A DNA stretch of 64,000 nucleotides from Mobula hypostoma. Taxonomy: Eukaryota. Below the pieces are notes generated by a model. It was not told the DNA's origin, made no database searches, and saw nothing but the letters and a program-made list of their open reading frames with translations. Location of the stretch: NCBI RefSeq assembly GCF_963921235.1, contig NC_086097.1, positions 155,622,001-155,686,000 on the forward strand. The letters are read 5' to 3'. Below, piece after piece: positions 1 to 13,193 of the stretch. Every line of letters starts with the position of its first letter. Positions within the stretch are counted from its first letter, which is position 1. The position numbers were made by a program, and so were the translations under genes.

Positions 1-146
1 TTAGGTGGCATCTCCATCTGGAGAGCTGGATCATTGCTGGTAATCCACTGTTTTGTAGATGTTGAATTGTTTCTAAAAATGATGGTTGTGGACTATGTTA
101 ATATATAACGTCTGCTTTAACACTCAGTTTTAAAAAATCTTAGTCT

Positions 147-3100
147 AACAATAGACAATAGACAATAGGTGCAGGAGTAGGCCATTCGGCCCTTCGAGCC
201 ACCACCGCCATTCACTGTGATCATGGCTGATCATCCACAATCAGTATCCAGTTCCTGCCTTATCCCCATAACCTTTGATTCCGCTATCTTTAAGAGCTCT
301 ATCCATCTCTTTCTTGAAGGCATCCAGAGACTTGGCCTCCACAGCCTTCTGGGGCAGAGCATTCCGTACATCCACCACTCTCTGGGTGAAAAAGTTTTTC
401 CTCAACTCCATTCTAAATGGCCTACCCCTTATTCTTAAACTGTGGTCTCTGGTTCTGGACTCACCCATCAGCGGGAACATGCTTCCTGCCTCCAGCGTGT
501 CCAATTCCTTAATAATCTTATATGTTTCAATAAGATCTCCTCTCAGCCTTCTAAATTCCAGAGTATACAAGCCCAGTCGCTCCAATCTTTCAACATATGA
601 CAGTCCCGCCATCCCGGGAATTAACCTTGTGAACATACGCTGCACGCCTTCAATAGCAAGAATGTCCTTCCTCAAATTTGGAGACCAAATCTGCACACAG
701 TACTCCAGGTATGGTCTCACCAGGGCCCTGCACAACTGCAGAAGGACCTCTTTGCTCTTATACTCAATTCCCCTTGTTATGAAGGCCATCATGCCATTAG
801 CTTTCTTCACGGCCTGCTGTACTTGCATGCTTGCTTTCAGAGACTGATGCACAACAACACCTAGATCTTGTTGTACTTCCTTTTTTCCTAACTTGGCTCC
901 ATTTAGATAATAATCTGCCTTCCAGTTCTTACTACCAAAGTGGGTAACCTCACATTTATTCACATTTATTGCATCTGCCATATATCTGCCCACTCACCCA
1001 GCCTGTCCAAGTCTCCCTGCATTCTCATAACATCCTCCTCACATTTCACACTGCCACCCAGCTTGGTGTCATCAGCAAATTTGCTAATGTTACTTTTAAT
1101 TCCCTCATCTAATTCATTAATATATATTGTAAACAGCTGCGGTCCCAGCACTGATCCCTACGGTATCCCACTGGTCACCGCCTGCCATTCCGAAAGGGAC
1201 CCGTTAATCGCTACTTTTTGTTTTCTGTCTGCCAGCCAATTTTCAATCCATGTCAGTACTCTGCCCCCAATACCATGTGCCCTAATTTTGCCCGCTAATT
1301 TCCTATGTGGGACTTTATCAAAGGCTTTCTGAAAGTCCAGGTACACTACATCCACTGGCTCTCCCTTGTCCATTTTCATAGTTACATCCTCAAAAAATTA
1401 CAGAAGATTAGTCAAGCACGATTTCCCCTTCGTAAATCCATGCTGACTCGGACCGATCCTGTTACTGCTATCCAGATGTGTCGTAATTCCATCTTTTATA
1501 ATTGACTCCAGCATCTTTCCCACCACCGACGTCAGGCTAACCGGTCTATAATTCCCTGTTTTCTCTCTTCCTCCCTTCTTGAAGAGAGGGACAATATTAC
1601 CAACCCTCCAATCCACAGGAACTGATCCTGAGTCTATAGAACATTGATTACCAATGTGTTCACGATTTCTAAAGCCACCTCCTTAAGTACCCTGGGATGC
1701 AGACGATCAGGTCCCCGGGACTTATCAGCCTTCAGACCCAACTGACTATCCAACACCATTTCCTGCCTAATATAAATTTCCTTCAGTTCATCCATTACCC
1801 TAGGTCCTTTGGCCACTATTATATCTGGGAGATTGTTTGTGTCTTCCCTAGTGAAGACAGATCCAAAGTACCTGTTCAACTCATTCTGCCATTTCCTTGT
1901 TCCCCATAATAAATTCACCCGCTTCTGTCTTCAAGGTCCTAATTTTGGTCTTAACTATTTTTTTCCTTTTCACATACCTAAAGAAGCTTTTACTATCCTC
2001 CTTTATATTCTTGGCTAGTTTACCTTTGTACCTCATTTCTTCTCCACATATTGCCTTTTTAGTTACCTTCTGTTGCTCTTTAAAAGTTTCCCAATCCTCC
2101 GGCTTCCCACTCGTCTTTGCTATGTTATACTTCTTCTCTTTTATTTTTATACTGTCCATTACTTCCCTTGTCAGCCACGGCCTCCCCTTACACCCCTTAG
2201 GATCTTTTTTCCTCTTTGGAATGAACTGATCCTGCACCTTCCGCATTATTCCCAGAAACACTTGCCATTGCTGTTCCACTGTCATCCCTGCTAGGGTATT
2301 GTTCCATTGAACTTTGGCCAGCTCCTCCCTCATAGCACCATAGTTCCCTTTGTTCAGGCTGTAATACTGACACTTCCAAGTTTCCTTTCTCCCTCTCAAA
2401 TTGTGGATTAAAACTTATCATTTTATGGTCACTACCTCCTAATGGCTCCTTTACCTCGAGGTCCTTGATCAAATCTGGTTCATTGCACAACACTAAATCT
2501 AGAATTGCATTCTCTCTGGTAGGCTCCAGTACAAGCTGTTCTAAGAATCCATCTCAGAGGGACTCCACAAACTCCCTTTCTTGGGGTCCAGTACCAACTT
2601 GATTCCTCCAGTCTACCTTCATGTTGAAGTCCCCCATAACAACTGTAGCATTACCTTTGTGACATGCCAATTGTAACTCCTGATTCAACTTACACCCTAC
2701 ATCCAGACTACTGTTTGGGGGCCTGTAGATAACTCCCATTAGGGTCTTTCTGCCCTTAGAATTTCTCAGTTCTATCCATACTGACTCTACGTCTCCTGAT
2801 TCTATGTCCCCCCTCGCAAGGGACTGAATATCATTCCTCACCAACAGAGACACCCCACCTCCTCTGCCCATCAGTCTGTCCTTTCGATAGGACGAATATT
2901 CATTTCCCAGGCCCTGTCCACTTGAAGCCGTGTCTCTGTTATTCCCACAACATCATACTTACCAATTTCCAACTGTGCCTCAAGCTCATCCACTTTATTT
3001 CTTATACTCCGTGCATTCATATACAATACTTTTAATTCATTACTCCCCTCACCTCCCACATCAATTCCTATTTCACTTGGCCATACTGTACGATCCCTTC

Positions 3101-3517
3101 TTGAGCTTTCTGCTCTGTTGATTCTGCTGTCACTCTTAACTTTTCTTATTCTCACTTTCCCTTTATCTCCATCCTTATGTTTCCAGTTCGTCCCCCCCCC
3201 CACTACTTAGTTTAAACACACCCGTGTTGCAGAGGCAAACCTGCCTGCCAGAATGCTGGTGCCCGGCTTATCAAGATGCAACCCGTCCCTTTTGTACAAT
3301 TCATCCTTACCCCGAAACATACCCCAGTGGTCCAAGAATGTAAATCCTTGCTTCCTGCACCAGTTCCTCAGCCACACGTTCAGATCCATTATCTCCCTGT
3401 TCTTGACCACTCCAGCACAGGGAACTGGAAGCAAACTGGAGATAACCACCCTGGAAGTCCTGCTTTTCAGCCTTCTTCCAAGTTCTCTGAAATCATGCTG
3501 TAGAATGTTTTTCCTCC
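147..3517 (-). mobile_element. CR1-clade LINE, 5'-truncated within ORF1, ORF2 disrupted
   Basis: Minus-strand fragments: SGNH-esterase ORF1 end (DGLHL, 3207-3449), APE endonuclease (NARSIRNK, GITET, GDFN, SDH), RT (YLDFQKAFDKVPH, KFADD) and C-terminus. (CTATTGT)n tail at ~147-170; 6-bp TSD TAGTCT at 141-146 and 3518-3523. Confidence 0.95.
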
Positions 3518-3639
3518 TAGTCTGAAAGCCAAACTAGTTTAAGAAATGACACCAAATAAGAAATCAACTTAACAGTCTATGTAGCATCTATAGAAAAGAG
3601 CAAAAGAGAGCATTTTGAAATTAACTTCCATTGGAACAA

Positions 3640-4228
3640 TGAAAGAGCCAGTTGAGATCATACTTGGAGTATTGTGTGCAGTTTTGGGCTCCTTATTTTG
3701 GAAAGGATATACTGACATTGGAGAGGGTTCAGAAAGGATTCACAAGAAAGATTCCAGGAATGAAAGGGTAACTGTATGAGTAATGTCTGGCAGCTCTTGG
3801 GCTGTATTCCCTGCAGTTCAGGAGAATGGCGGGGGGGGGTGGGATCTCATGGAAACATTCCAAATGTTAAAAGGCCTGAACAGGTTAGATATGGCAAAGT
3901 TATTTCCCATGGTAGAAGAGTTTAGGACAAGAGGGCATGACTTCAGGATTGAAGGACGTCCATTTAGAACAGAGATGCAGAGAAATTACTTTAGTCAGAG
4001 GGTGATCAATCTGTGGAATTTGTTGCCACGAGTGGCTGTGGAGGCCAAGACATTGGGTGTATTTAAGGCAGAGATAGATAGGTTCTTGATTATACAGGGC
4101 ATAAAAGGGTATGGGGTGAAGGCAGGGGAGTGGGGATGACTGGAAGAATTGGATCAACCCATGATTGAATGGTGGAGCAGACTCGATGGGCCGAACGGCC
4201 TACTTCTGCTCCTATATCTTATGGTTTT
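3640..4228 (+). mobile_element. CR1 LINE 3' fragment
   Basis: LEYCVQFW-type codons, ORF 3783-4139 (RTRGHDFRI...FSQRVINLWN), 3' UTR GGGCCGAACGGCC stem and TCTTATGG tail. Confidence 0.9.
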
Positions 4229-4655
4229 AAGGAGGTATTGAGGGCAAGGACTTGAAACATTGATTAGTTTTGAGGGGACAATAGTATTGGATGTCGAGCT
4301 GTAGTCAATGAAGAACATTCTCATGTATGCATCTTCACTGTCCAGGTGTTCCAGAGTTGAATGAAGAGCCAATAGAATATCATCAGCTGTTGACCTGTTG
4401 TGATGCTAGGCAAATTAGAGTGGATCCAAGTGGCAGGAGCTGATATGCTTCATTACCAACCTCTGAAAGCACTTCACCACAGTGCATGTAAATGTGACTG
4501 GATGATAGTCAATGAGGCAGGTCACTATGTGTTTCTTAGGCAACGGCATAATTGAAAACTGCTTGAAGCAGGTGGGTACCTGAGACTGCTGAAGTGAAAG
4601 GTTAAATACATCACTGAACACTCCATCCAGCTGATCAGCACAGGTCTTTGGTTCT
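4229..4655 (-). mobile_element. Rex1/Babar-like LINE RT fragment
   Basis: ORFs 4415-4621 (FNLSLQQSQVPTCFK...DYHPV) and 4154-4372 ([10 protein letters not shown]...[13 protein letters not shown]) match Rex1/Babar RT motifs. Confidence 0.8.
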
Positions 4656-5405
4656 TAGAAACATAGCAACATAGAAAATCTACAGCACAATACAGGCCCT
4701 TTGGCCCACTAAGCTGTGCCGAACATGTCCTGACCTGAGAGATTACCTACGGTTACCCATAGCCCTCTATTTTTCTGAGCTCCATATACCTGTCCAGGAG
4801 TCTCTTGAAAGACCCTATCATATCCGTCTCCACCACCCTCACTGGCAGCCCATTCCACGCACTCACCACTCTCTGCGTAAGAAAACTTACCCCGACATCT
4901 TCTCTGTACCTACTTCCAAGCACCTTAAAACTGTGCCCTCTTGTGCAAGTCATTTCAGCCCTGGGAAAAAGCCTCTGACTATCCACATGATCAATGCCTC
5001 TCATCATCTTATACACCTCTGTCAGGTCACTTCTCATCCTCCATTGCTCCAAGAAAAAAGGCCCAGTTCACTCAACGTATTCTCATAAGGCATGCTCCCC
5101 AATCCAGGCAACATCCTTGTAAATTTCTTCTGCACCCTTTCCATAGTTTCCACATCCTTCCTGTAGTAAGGTGACCAGAACTGAGCACAGTACTCCAAGT
5201 GGGGTCTGACCAGCGTCCTATATAGTTGCAACATTACTTCTTGGCTCCTGAACTGAGTCCCACAATTGATGAGGGCCAATGCACCATATGCTTTCTTAAC
5301 CATAGAGTTAACCTGCACAGCAGCTTTGTGTGTCCTATGGACTCAGACCCCAAGATCCCTCTGATCCTCCACACTGCCAAGAGTCTTACCATTAATACTA
5401 TATTC
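4656..5405 (-). mobile_element. CR1 LINE 3' fragment
   Basis: ORFs 5034-5318 (LVRPHLEYCAQFWSP) and 4753-5052; tail AGAAACATAGCAACATAG at the left end. Confidence 0.9.
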
Positions 5406-5499
5406 TTTCCTTGGATCTACAATTGAAAGGCAATTGAACTGAAACTTTACCTCACATTTATTTCATTCGTACTTAATAATGTGCAGCTCCCACTTTAGG

Positions 5500-6706
5500 G
5501 CTCATTATTCTCTAGACTGTTTAATGATTAAGCAATCTTATAGAATTTTTAAGGAGATTACAAGAAAAGTTGACCAAGGAAAGGCAGTAGATATTGACTT
5601 TAACAAGGGTTTGACAAGGTCCCACATGCAAAGTTGGTCGAGAATATTCAGTCACTTGGCATTGAGGTTGAGGAAGTAAATTTGACATTGGCTTTGTGGG
5701 AGAAGCCAGAGAGTGGTAGTAGATGGCTGCCTTTCTGACTGGAGGCCTGTGACCAGTGGTGTGCTGCATGGATTGGTGCTGGGTCCATTGTTGTTTGTCA
5801 TCTATATCAACAAAAACTGGACCAGCAAATTTGCGGATGACACCAAGATTCAAGGAAGGCTATCAAAGCTTGAAGCGAGATCCAGACCAGCTGGAAAAAT
5901 GGGCTGACAAATGGCATTTGGGATCTAATGCAGATGAGTGTGAGCTGTTGCATTTTAGGAGGACAAACCAGGGTAGGACTTCCACAGTGAATAGTAGAAG
6001 ACTGAGGGGTGTGGTAGAACAGAGGTATCTGGGAACACATAATTCCTTGAAAGTGGTGTCACAGGTACATAGGGTCATAAAGAGAGCTTTTGGCACCCAT
6101 AAACCAGAGTATTGAATACAGAAGTCGGGATGTTACGCTGAAGCCGTACAAGACATTACTGAGTCCTAATTTGGAGTATTGTGTGCAATTTTGGTTACCT
6201 ACCTACAGGAAAATTATCAATAAGATTGAAAGAGTACAGAGAAAATTTACAAGGATGTTTTCAGGATTTGAGGAACTGAGTTATAGGGAAAATTATAGGT
6301 CAGGAGTTTATTTCCTGGAGCATAGGTGAATGAAGGGAGATTTGACAGTGGTAAACAGAATGATGAGGGTATAGATAAGGAAAATGCAAATAAGCTTTTT
6401 CCACTGAGGTTGGATGAGACTAGAACTAGAGGTCATAAGTTAAAGATGAAAGATGAAATACTTAAGGGAACATGAGGGGGTACTTCTTCACTCAGAGGGT
6501 GGTGTGAGTGTGGAATGAACTGCCAGCAGAAGTGGTAGATGCAGGCTCAATTCCAGCACTTAAGAGAAATTTGGTTACGTCCATGGATGGGAGAGGTATG
6601 GAGGGCTATGTTTCAGATGCAGGCCAATAGACTGGCATAATAAATAATTCAGTACAGACTAGATAGGTTGAAGGGTCTGCTTTTGTACTGTAGTGCTCTA
6701 TGACTA
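5500..6706 (+). mobile_element. Degenerate CR1 LINE (RT to 3' end)
   Basis: Frameshifted RT motifs (WRPVTSGV, LGPLLFVIYIN, KFADD, LEYCVQFW) followed by CR1 3' UTR. Confidence 0.9.
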
Positions 6707-7439
6707 ACAAGCAGAAAGAAAATGCCATGGATGCTGGGAAATGGAAGCTTTTATCTCCTTTTTTAAATAACTTGTTATAAATTCCTCATACTTTAAATTC
6801 AATCTTAAATTCATGCACTAATCAATTGGTAAATTCATTCTAAATTTCACTAAATTAATTTAGAAACATAAATAAGTACAAATCTATTTTACGTGAGCTA
6901 TGTGTTTGTGAAAAAAAGGTAGTTTATGTTTAAATTAATTAATTTGAAAAGAATTAATGTTCAAGATTGGACAGAAGTTATTCTGAAATGAGATTGTGGA
7001 TCCTTATCTATATATTCATAATTCACAAAAGAGCTGGAATAGAAGCAGCTAAATTTTATTTATGATTAGGTTATCCACATCTTCAGAATGGAGTTCTATT
7101 TCACAGCAATTTTACTGCTTTGTTCCAAGTACTATCTTTAAGAAAAGATGCTAAACCCAGCGACCACTTCTCTCTCAGGTGAATATAAAATGTGAAGCAA
7201 TATTGAAAAAGAATATAGAAATTGGAACCTCTCGTTCTCTTTTCCTTGATGTGATTGGATCTAAAATCAGACCATTAATTGATCGAACGACAGCCAAGAT
7301 TGTTTACCTCCATTAATGCTGCAATAGCGTACTCTAATCATAATGCACTATGCATCAGTTTTGTGATTGGTATGCACTGTTCTTTTTGGAATGCCTTATG
7401 GGAAATTACATTGTTCTGCGAGCAACTATTATTCGATAT

Positions 7440-8221
7440 CACTGGGCAACAAATTTTTTCAAAAGTCTTGTTTCCTCAGAATTTTCTTTTTGTTCATGAT
7501 AGACCACTTGAAGCTGAACACAAATGTAATTTCAGACCACTGGTATTACATAGAAATCCGGAGAAACAAGAAATGATCTTCTATTCAATATAATATTCGA
7601 TATTGACACTTTGCAATAGTTGAACGAAGCTAAAAATCTTTTGTTGATGATTTTCATTTGTACTCAGCTTCTGAGGTATTTCATTTAAATGTCTCACAGT
7701 AATCAGCCAGCACTGATGGATTCCAATTGCCCTGATGCCGTTTTGCCATGACTGCAGTGTCCTAATGAAACATTTCACCATGCTCGTCACTGGCAGCACC
7801 AAGATTTGCAAGGAAGAAATCTATATGGGAATGCAGTAAATGAATCTTTAGCGACATGTTGCACTTCCTGGTTTTGTATACTTGAAGTACATTGTCAACC
7901 AGCTGCATGTCTGTTGGTGCTCTGTAGTCGCCAAGAAAATTTTCAACACCAGCCTTGAACGCCTTCCATGCAATTTTCTCTGGTCCCACTAGAAGTTCTT
8001 CAAATTGCCTGTCGTTGATGACCTGTTTGATTTGTGGACCAACAAAAATGCCTTTCTTAATCTTGGCATCAGTTATTCTGGCTTGAATTATGAATTGAAA
8101 TTACAAGTTCAGGCCAAAGAATAGTGCCTGATACGGAAATTTCATGATAATTTTCATGATCAGCAGCCTAAACGCCATAAAATACACACAAAAGTATTCA
8201 GGAAGTAAAACCTTTGTTGTC
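7440..8221 (-). mobile_element. Internally deleted Chapaev3-like (CMC) DNA transposon
   Basis: Minus-strand KIKKGIFVGPQI...AWKAFK...NFLG...CNMSLKIHLLHSHIDFF...SDEHGE...QGNWNPSVLADYC; left terminus CACTGGGCAACAAA at 7440 and partial inverted match TTTGTTGTC at 8213-8221. Family assignment from recalled motifs. Confidence 0.65.
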
Positions 8222-11039
8222 TCTTCAAGCGTTATTTAACACATTGCAAGGGGATGACACCCACTCATAACGCCCTTCACTGATGCCACCTCCTTGTCCC
8301 TCTGTTCCTAGCACTGAGGCCACTAGCACTCCATTACTTTGCAGCCACCCAGCTCTTCCCAGCAACAAGCTCATGATCACCACCTATCTTGAAGTTTGTC
8401 CTGCACCCAAATACCAACTTGTTACCCCCAATCCTACCTGCAATCTATCGGCTGGAATCATGCCATCTTTTCCTCAAAGAATTTTTTCTCCCACACCCCC
8501 ACATAGCTGCTGGTACCTAATATTTTGGTATTTGGACATCAAAACACGAAGTTCCCTATCTGCTGATAGATTCCAGCTGGCAAATATGCTCCCAACTTAT
8601 ATACTGGTTTAGACATGGAGAAAAATCTACTGTATACATTCTTAATTTCAATGAAGATTTTATAGGAAGAAAGGTGTGTTTCTCATTGTGAACTGCCATT
8701 TATCACTCTCTTGTCTCTTCAATTTTTATAGACTTTGGGATTAATATATCTTTTCAAAATCTTTTTAAATGTTGGCAATACATTGTCATGCTCCTTCACA
8801 CTGGATTCCATTCTTTTATTCCTCTGTTTCTTATTAGAATGCAAGACACAAGCAGCAATTTTCATCTTGTTGGTGAGGACCAATTTCACCCCTAACAAGT
8901 TAAACGAGAAATCGTTTATCTGTACAAATGGATATAAAGGACATTATATAAAGTAGAGAAGGTATTCCAGATTCCTGACTGGCATTTTTCCACAATCAAC
9001 ACCCCGCCCCCCCATCAAAACACGCTATTTAGATATTTACTTAATTAATCTCTCATGGCTCTTTACCATTGGTTTATCTCCATAATAGTGGCACTTTGAT
9101 ATAATTCAACCTTGATGCACTTTAAGGATATGAAAGACACTAGAATCTTTATATAATAATTTCTTTCAAAGTATTGTTGATTTTACTTGCTTCTCTCCCA
9201 CATGAATTAAACAGAAATAAAGATTAGATTCTGCCCACCCAAACCTACATCTAAATTAACAATAGCCCAATCACCTGTGTGCTCAAACTTTCATCAAATG
9301 ATTGAGTATTTTATTTTCTATCACTCTCCCTAGCCAACAAAAAGTGAGCAGTATTGATGTTGACAGCAGAGAAACCACTCTTGCATGGCCATACTTTTCA
9401 GGGTAAGAAGGCATGTTTCAGAAGAGTCATTGCTGGATCCTAGTATCTACTACCAGATATAAAATATTGAAGGGTACTTCGGGGTGAAACTTAGCTGCAG
9501 GTAATTAAAGGTTTAAATGATTTACTCCTGCAGCTGTCAATAAATATTGCTTTCATTTGCACTTTTCTGATATTTTACAATGCAAAGTGCAGCCTACTGA
9601 AAGACTGACGAATATATGCCCTTTTCTCATGAAATGTAAATGTTTTTCATTTTAAAAAAGATGCCAAAAACAAAAATGAGTGAGGAAAAGCAGTAAGAAG
9701 TTCAAATGTTACATTTCTGACCACCTTAATGAATTCATGAGAAAACAGTTCTGCTCAAGACTAGCGGCTTGACATTTGGATGACTTTGAGGCGCAGGATG
9801 GAAAACAAGCGGAAGACATAACTGGCACGGCTGGCAAAAACATTGCAAACAAATTGCAGCTGACATTTGAAATAGATAACTTAAATGTAATTCTCCTCCA
9901 ACAATGCCTTCCAGTGAAACACAATCACAAGAGATTTATGTAAATCTTTGCCTTTCTTTCTTCTCTGTAGGGAAGACGAGGAACAGGTTGGCAAATCACA
10001 GCCCTGCCACAGCTGAGGCCCAACTGACAAATGCCACAATTGTTTCTTTTATGATCTGCACCAGACTACTGTGCTTCACAAAACTTGAATTGTTAAAGGA
10101 AAGGTTAATAGTATGCAAAATTTGATCTGGCTCATAAAGAGCTGTATAAAAAATACACGTTTGTTGCCCTTTTGTTGCTCTCCTATATCATGTGACATGA
10201 TATTAGTACTTTAAATAAATTAATAGGTAAATTAAAGGAACAGTACAAGTGCTTAAAATCGATTTGCATATGCACCTTATATTTCTTTATGTCTTCTGCA
10301 ACTTGAAGTTTTCTTCTATAGTATCAAGGTTCCAAGTGAAAGGAGCTCAGACATTAAGTCCTTCTGAAAGTGGGTCATTCCTTTTACTCCAAAAGTTTCC
10401 TCAGCTTATCCAAACTCTCACTTTGAACAGGAAGCAGGAGTATGTGGAGAGTGGTTGGAGAGAGATGAGATGGGAAAGACAGAAAAGACAACATCTGCAG
10501 ACACTGATGGTTTGCAGCAGCCAGTATTGAGCAGATGCCAAATATACAGCCCTGTCCCAACACACCAACACTTCATTGAGCAAATTTAAGATGGTCTCAA
10601 AAAGGCTATAGAATGACAAAATACTATTTATATTATGATGTCCATCTAATGCATCAGAAATTGTGCCACTGTTGGGTAGAGTTATGGTTAGACCACATCT
10701 AGTATGAAGCATAAATTGACTAGTTAAGAGTTCACAATGCAAAAAGGCAATCCATTACTAGACCCATTACCTGCAACTAAGGCATGATAACATCTCAACT
10801 TTCTTTTTGGTCTGGTCATTGCTCGAGCACAGGGCTTGCATAGTGCAAAGTCCTGCTGGTGCTAAATTGCAAGCATTGAAATGTGCTGGTTACTCTAAAA
10901 AGTATGGCCAACTTTAGTAAATGGACAAAGAATGAGACCTGAAAACTGGATCAAGTGTTGGCAATTCAGTAGTAAATGAAAATTAGAAGTTGCAGAATTG
11001 GAAAAAATGGAAATATTCATTTAACAAATGGAATTTGAT

Positions 11040-11222
11040 CTGCAACACCACTTTGTTGAGCACCTCTGTTCCACCTGCCACAAACGGAACTTCCCAGTGA
11101 CCAAGATTTTCAACTCTGATTCCCATTGCCATTCCCACATATCGGTCCATGGTCTCCTCTTGTGCCAAGATGATGCTACTCTCAGGGTGGAGGAGCAACA
11201 CCTCATATTCCAAATAGGGACC
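11040..11222 (+). mobile_element. Penelope-like element, GIY-YIG endonuclease C-terminal fragment
   Basis: HFVEHL...FPVTKIFNSDSHCHSHISVHGLL...LRVEEQHLIFQIG resembles the C-terminus of vertebrate PLE GIY-YIG domains. Confidence 0.8.
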
Positions 11223-12019
11223 AAGGAGCTAAACAGAAGTTCGGTATGGATCAGCCAGTTATAATTTAACGGCTGAGCATGATCAAAAACTTGAAAGGCT
11301 TCATCTCACCCCTATCCCAATGTTCCTGACATGGGACATGAAAGCTCATAACATTAGTTGGGAGTATGTCACTTATCTAAAGGCTGAAGTTGCTTGACAC
11401 TCAGTTTTGTGTGCACCAACTGGAAAGATCCCACAAGGGAGTCTTTGATTTTGGAAATGAATTATAACACTGAGGTTGTTAAATATTGACAGGAGTGTAA
11501 ACTATGAGTTAAGGACCACCAATATTTGATTTGAAGAATGTATGTTAAAGCCACAGATGTCATTATTTAGGAAAATAACAGATTACGCTATTTCTCCTCA
11601 TCATATTTGACCTCTCGCTACCCTTATTTACAATAGAACAAACTGTGGTCCTCCAGCAGTCCCAAAAGTGTAGAAATCTGCAACATTAGAAGGTGTGCCA
11701 TATGCTCCAAGTCATTTGAATCTCAGTAACTTTTGAAGTTGACTGGTAACTCCTTTACTAATTATGGAGAGAAAGCTAGTTTAACTCTGAGTTAAGGGAT
11801 GATTTCCAGTTGTCAAGGTATGAGGAAGAAAAAATGGGTAGTAATGACAACCTTTTTCAGCCGATTGGCAGTTCAGGGGTTGGAAAGTGGTTTTGTCTAT
11901 TGCCATTCTACGTATGAAGAGCAAATGTAAGATGTATTCTTGCTGTTTCATGTCTCATCATGTATATGATGTCTCAGCCTGACCTTTCTGCCCACTAAAG
12001 TTAACATCTTGTACAGTAA

Positions 12020-12310
12020 CGTAACTAGGTGAGCTGCAGCTCCATCGTTCCAACACTCCGGGCTTGATCCTGACCTTGGGGGCTGTTTGTGAGGAGCTGC
12101 ACTTTCTCCCTGAGTCTGTGTAGATTCCCCCGGGGAGTTGCCAAATAGACAGCAGATTTGAATATTTTACAGTTGCTAGATATTCAGGTGTGCTGATTAT
12201 TCTTCAATTATAAGTTATCCATTAGTTGTTGAATAATCAAAGGGTGTTAAAGGGGGTGAGAGAAAATGGTTTTCAGGGAAATAAGCCGGGAATTGATAAT
12301 AATGCTCTGA
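12020..12310 (+). mobile_element. Degenerate tRNA-derived SINE (V-SINE/HE1-like)
   Basis: B-box-like GGGCTTGATCCTG followed by V-domain-like GGAGCTGCACTTTCTCCCTG...GATTCCCCCGGGG. Confidence 0.55.
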
Positions 12311-13084
12311 GAATCAGTTTCAACTTAATAAGTCAATGAGGTGATGCCAGCAGGAAGCCAGGACAAGGTGATCAAACTGAAATGGGAAATGCATACACCT
12401 CCACATTACATCTACACTGACAAGATTAACCTTGCTGGAGAAGCATAATATCATTATATATTTAAATGAAAGAAACATTATGGATGAAGTATTGGGAAAA
12501 CTGTTTTTATGGGGTTGTATTTTGCTTTCAGTAGAGACACTGAAACAAAATTTTGTGGTGACAGACTATCACTTTATCTTAATTGTGTTTAATTAACCAT
12601 TCTGTCCCTGTGTGAAAGGATTTGCAGAATGTTAAGTAACCCAGGCAGCGAGCTGAGTCAGAATAGGTAACAATCAATGTCAGGGAATGGAGGGAATCAA
12701 CAATGTTTGGTGAAATTGTGTTGTGCTGGGATTATTTGAAAAGATGTATTGGAAATGATCACGCAAAACATGTGGAATAGCGACCTCTTGCATCACCACT
12801 GAAGACCATTGTGACCAGACCCACTGCCTGATTTCAATACTCTGTAAAAATTCACTAACAGATATGCTGCAGTGCAAGGAATCTACATTCAAAATTGATG
12901 ACTGATTTTCTATGCAGTTCCTAATATATTAAGTAGAATTGCCATTCTATTATTGAAGCCTTATCGAAAATGCTCGGAGACTCACCATTGTTACTGACTG
13001 ATTCCTCCTGCTGCTTCACAACTGCATCTATGCTGCTGGGTGTGATAGTATAGAAATGCTTTCGCTGGTGATCATTATTCTGTG

Positions 13085-13193
13085 CTGGTGGTGGAGTGGC
13101 AACCACACCAGACTTCAGAGTTCCAACCCAGCCGGCTCCTTGCACAAGTTCTACTCGTGCTGGGTGGAGCATCGAACTAGCAACTCTGCCTTG
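13085..13193 (+). mobile_element. tRNA-derived SINE 5' part, abutted by a CR1
   Basis: B-box-like GAGTTCCAACCC followed by CAGCCGGCTCC...GCTGGG stem and CTAGCAACTC; ends at the CR1 5' junction. Confidence 0.45.

Noticed and set aside
8283..8612. 109-aa Pro/Ser/Thr-rich ORF
   Set aside because: No recognisable domain or splice context; probably a decayed repeat.
12020..12100. tRNA genes at SINE heads (also ~34070, ~43340, ~56190)
   Set aside because: Only eroded A/B-box relics; no cloverleaf can be folded.
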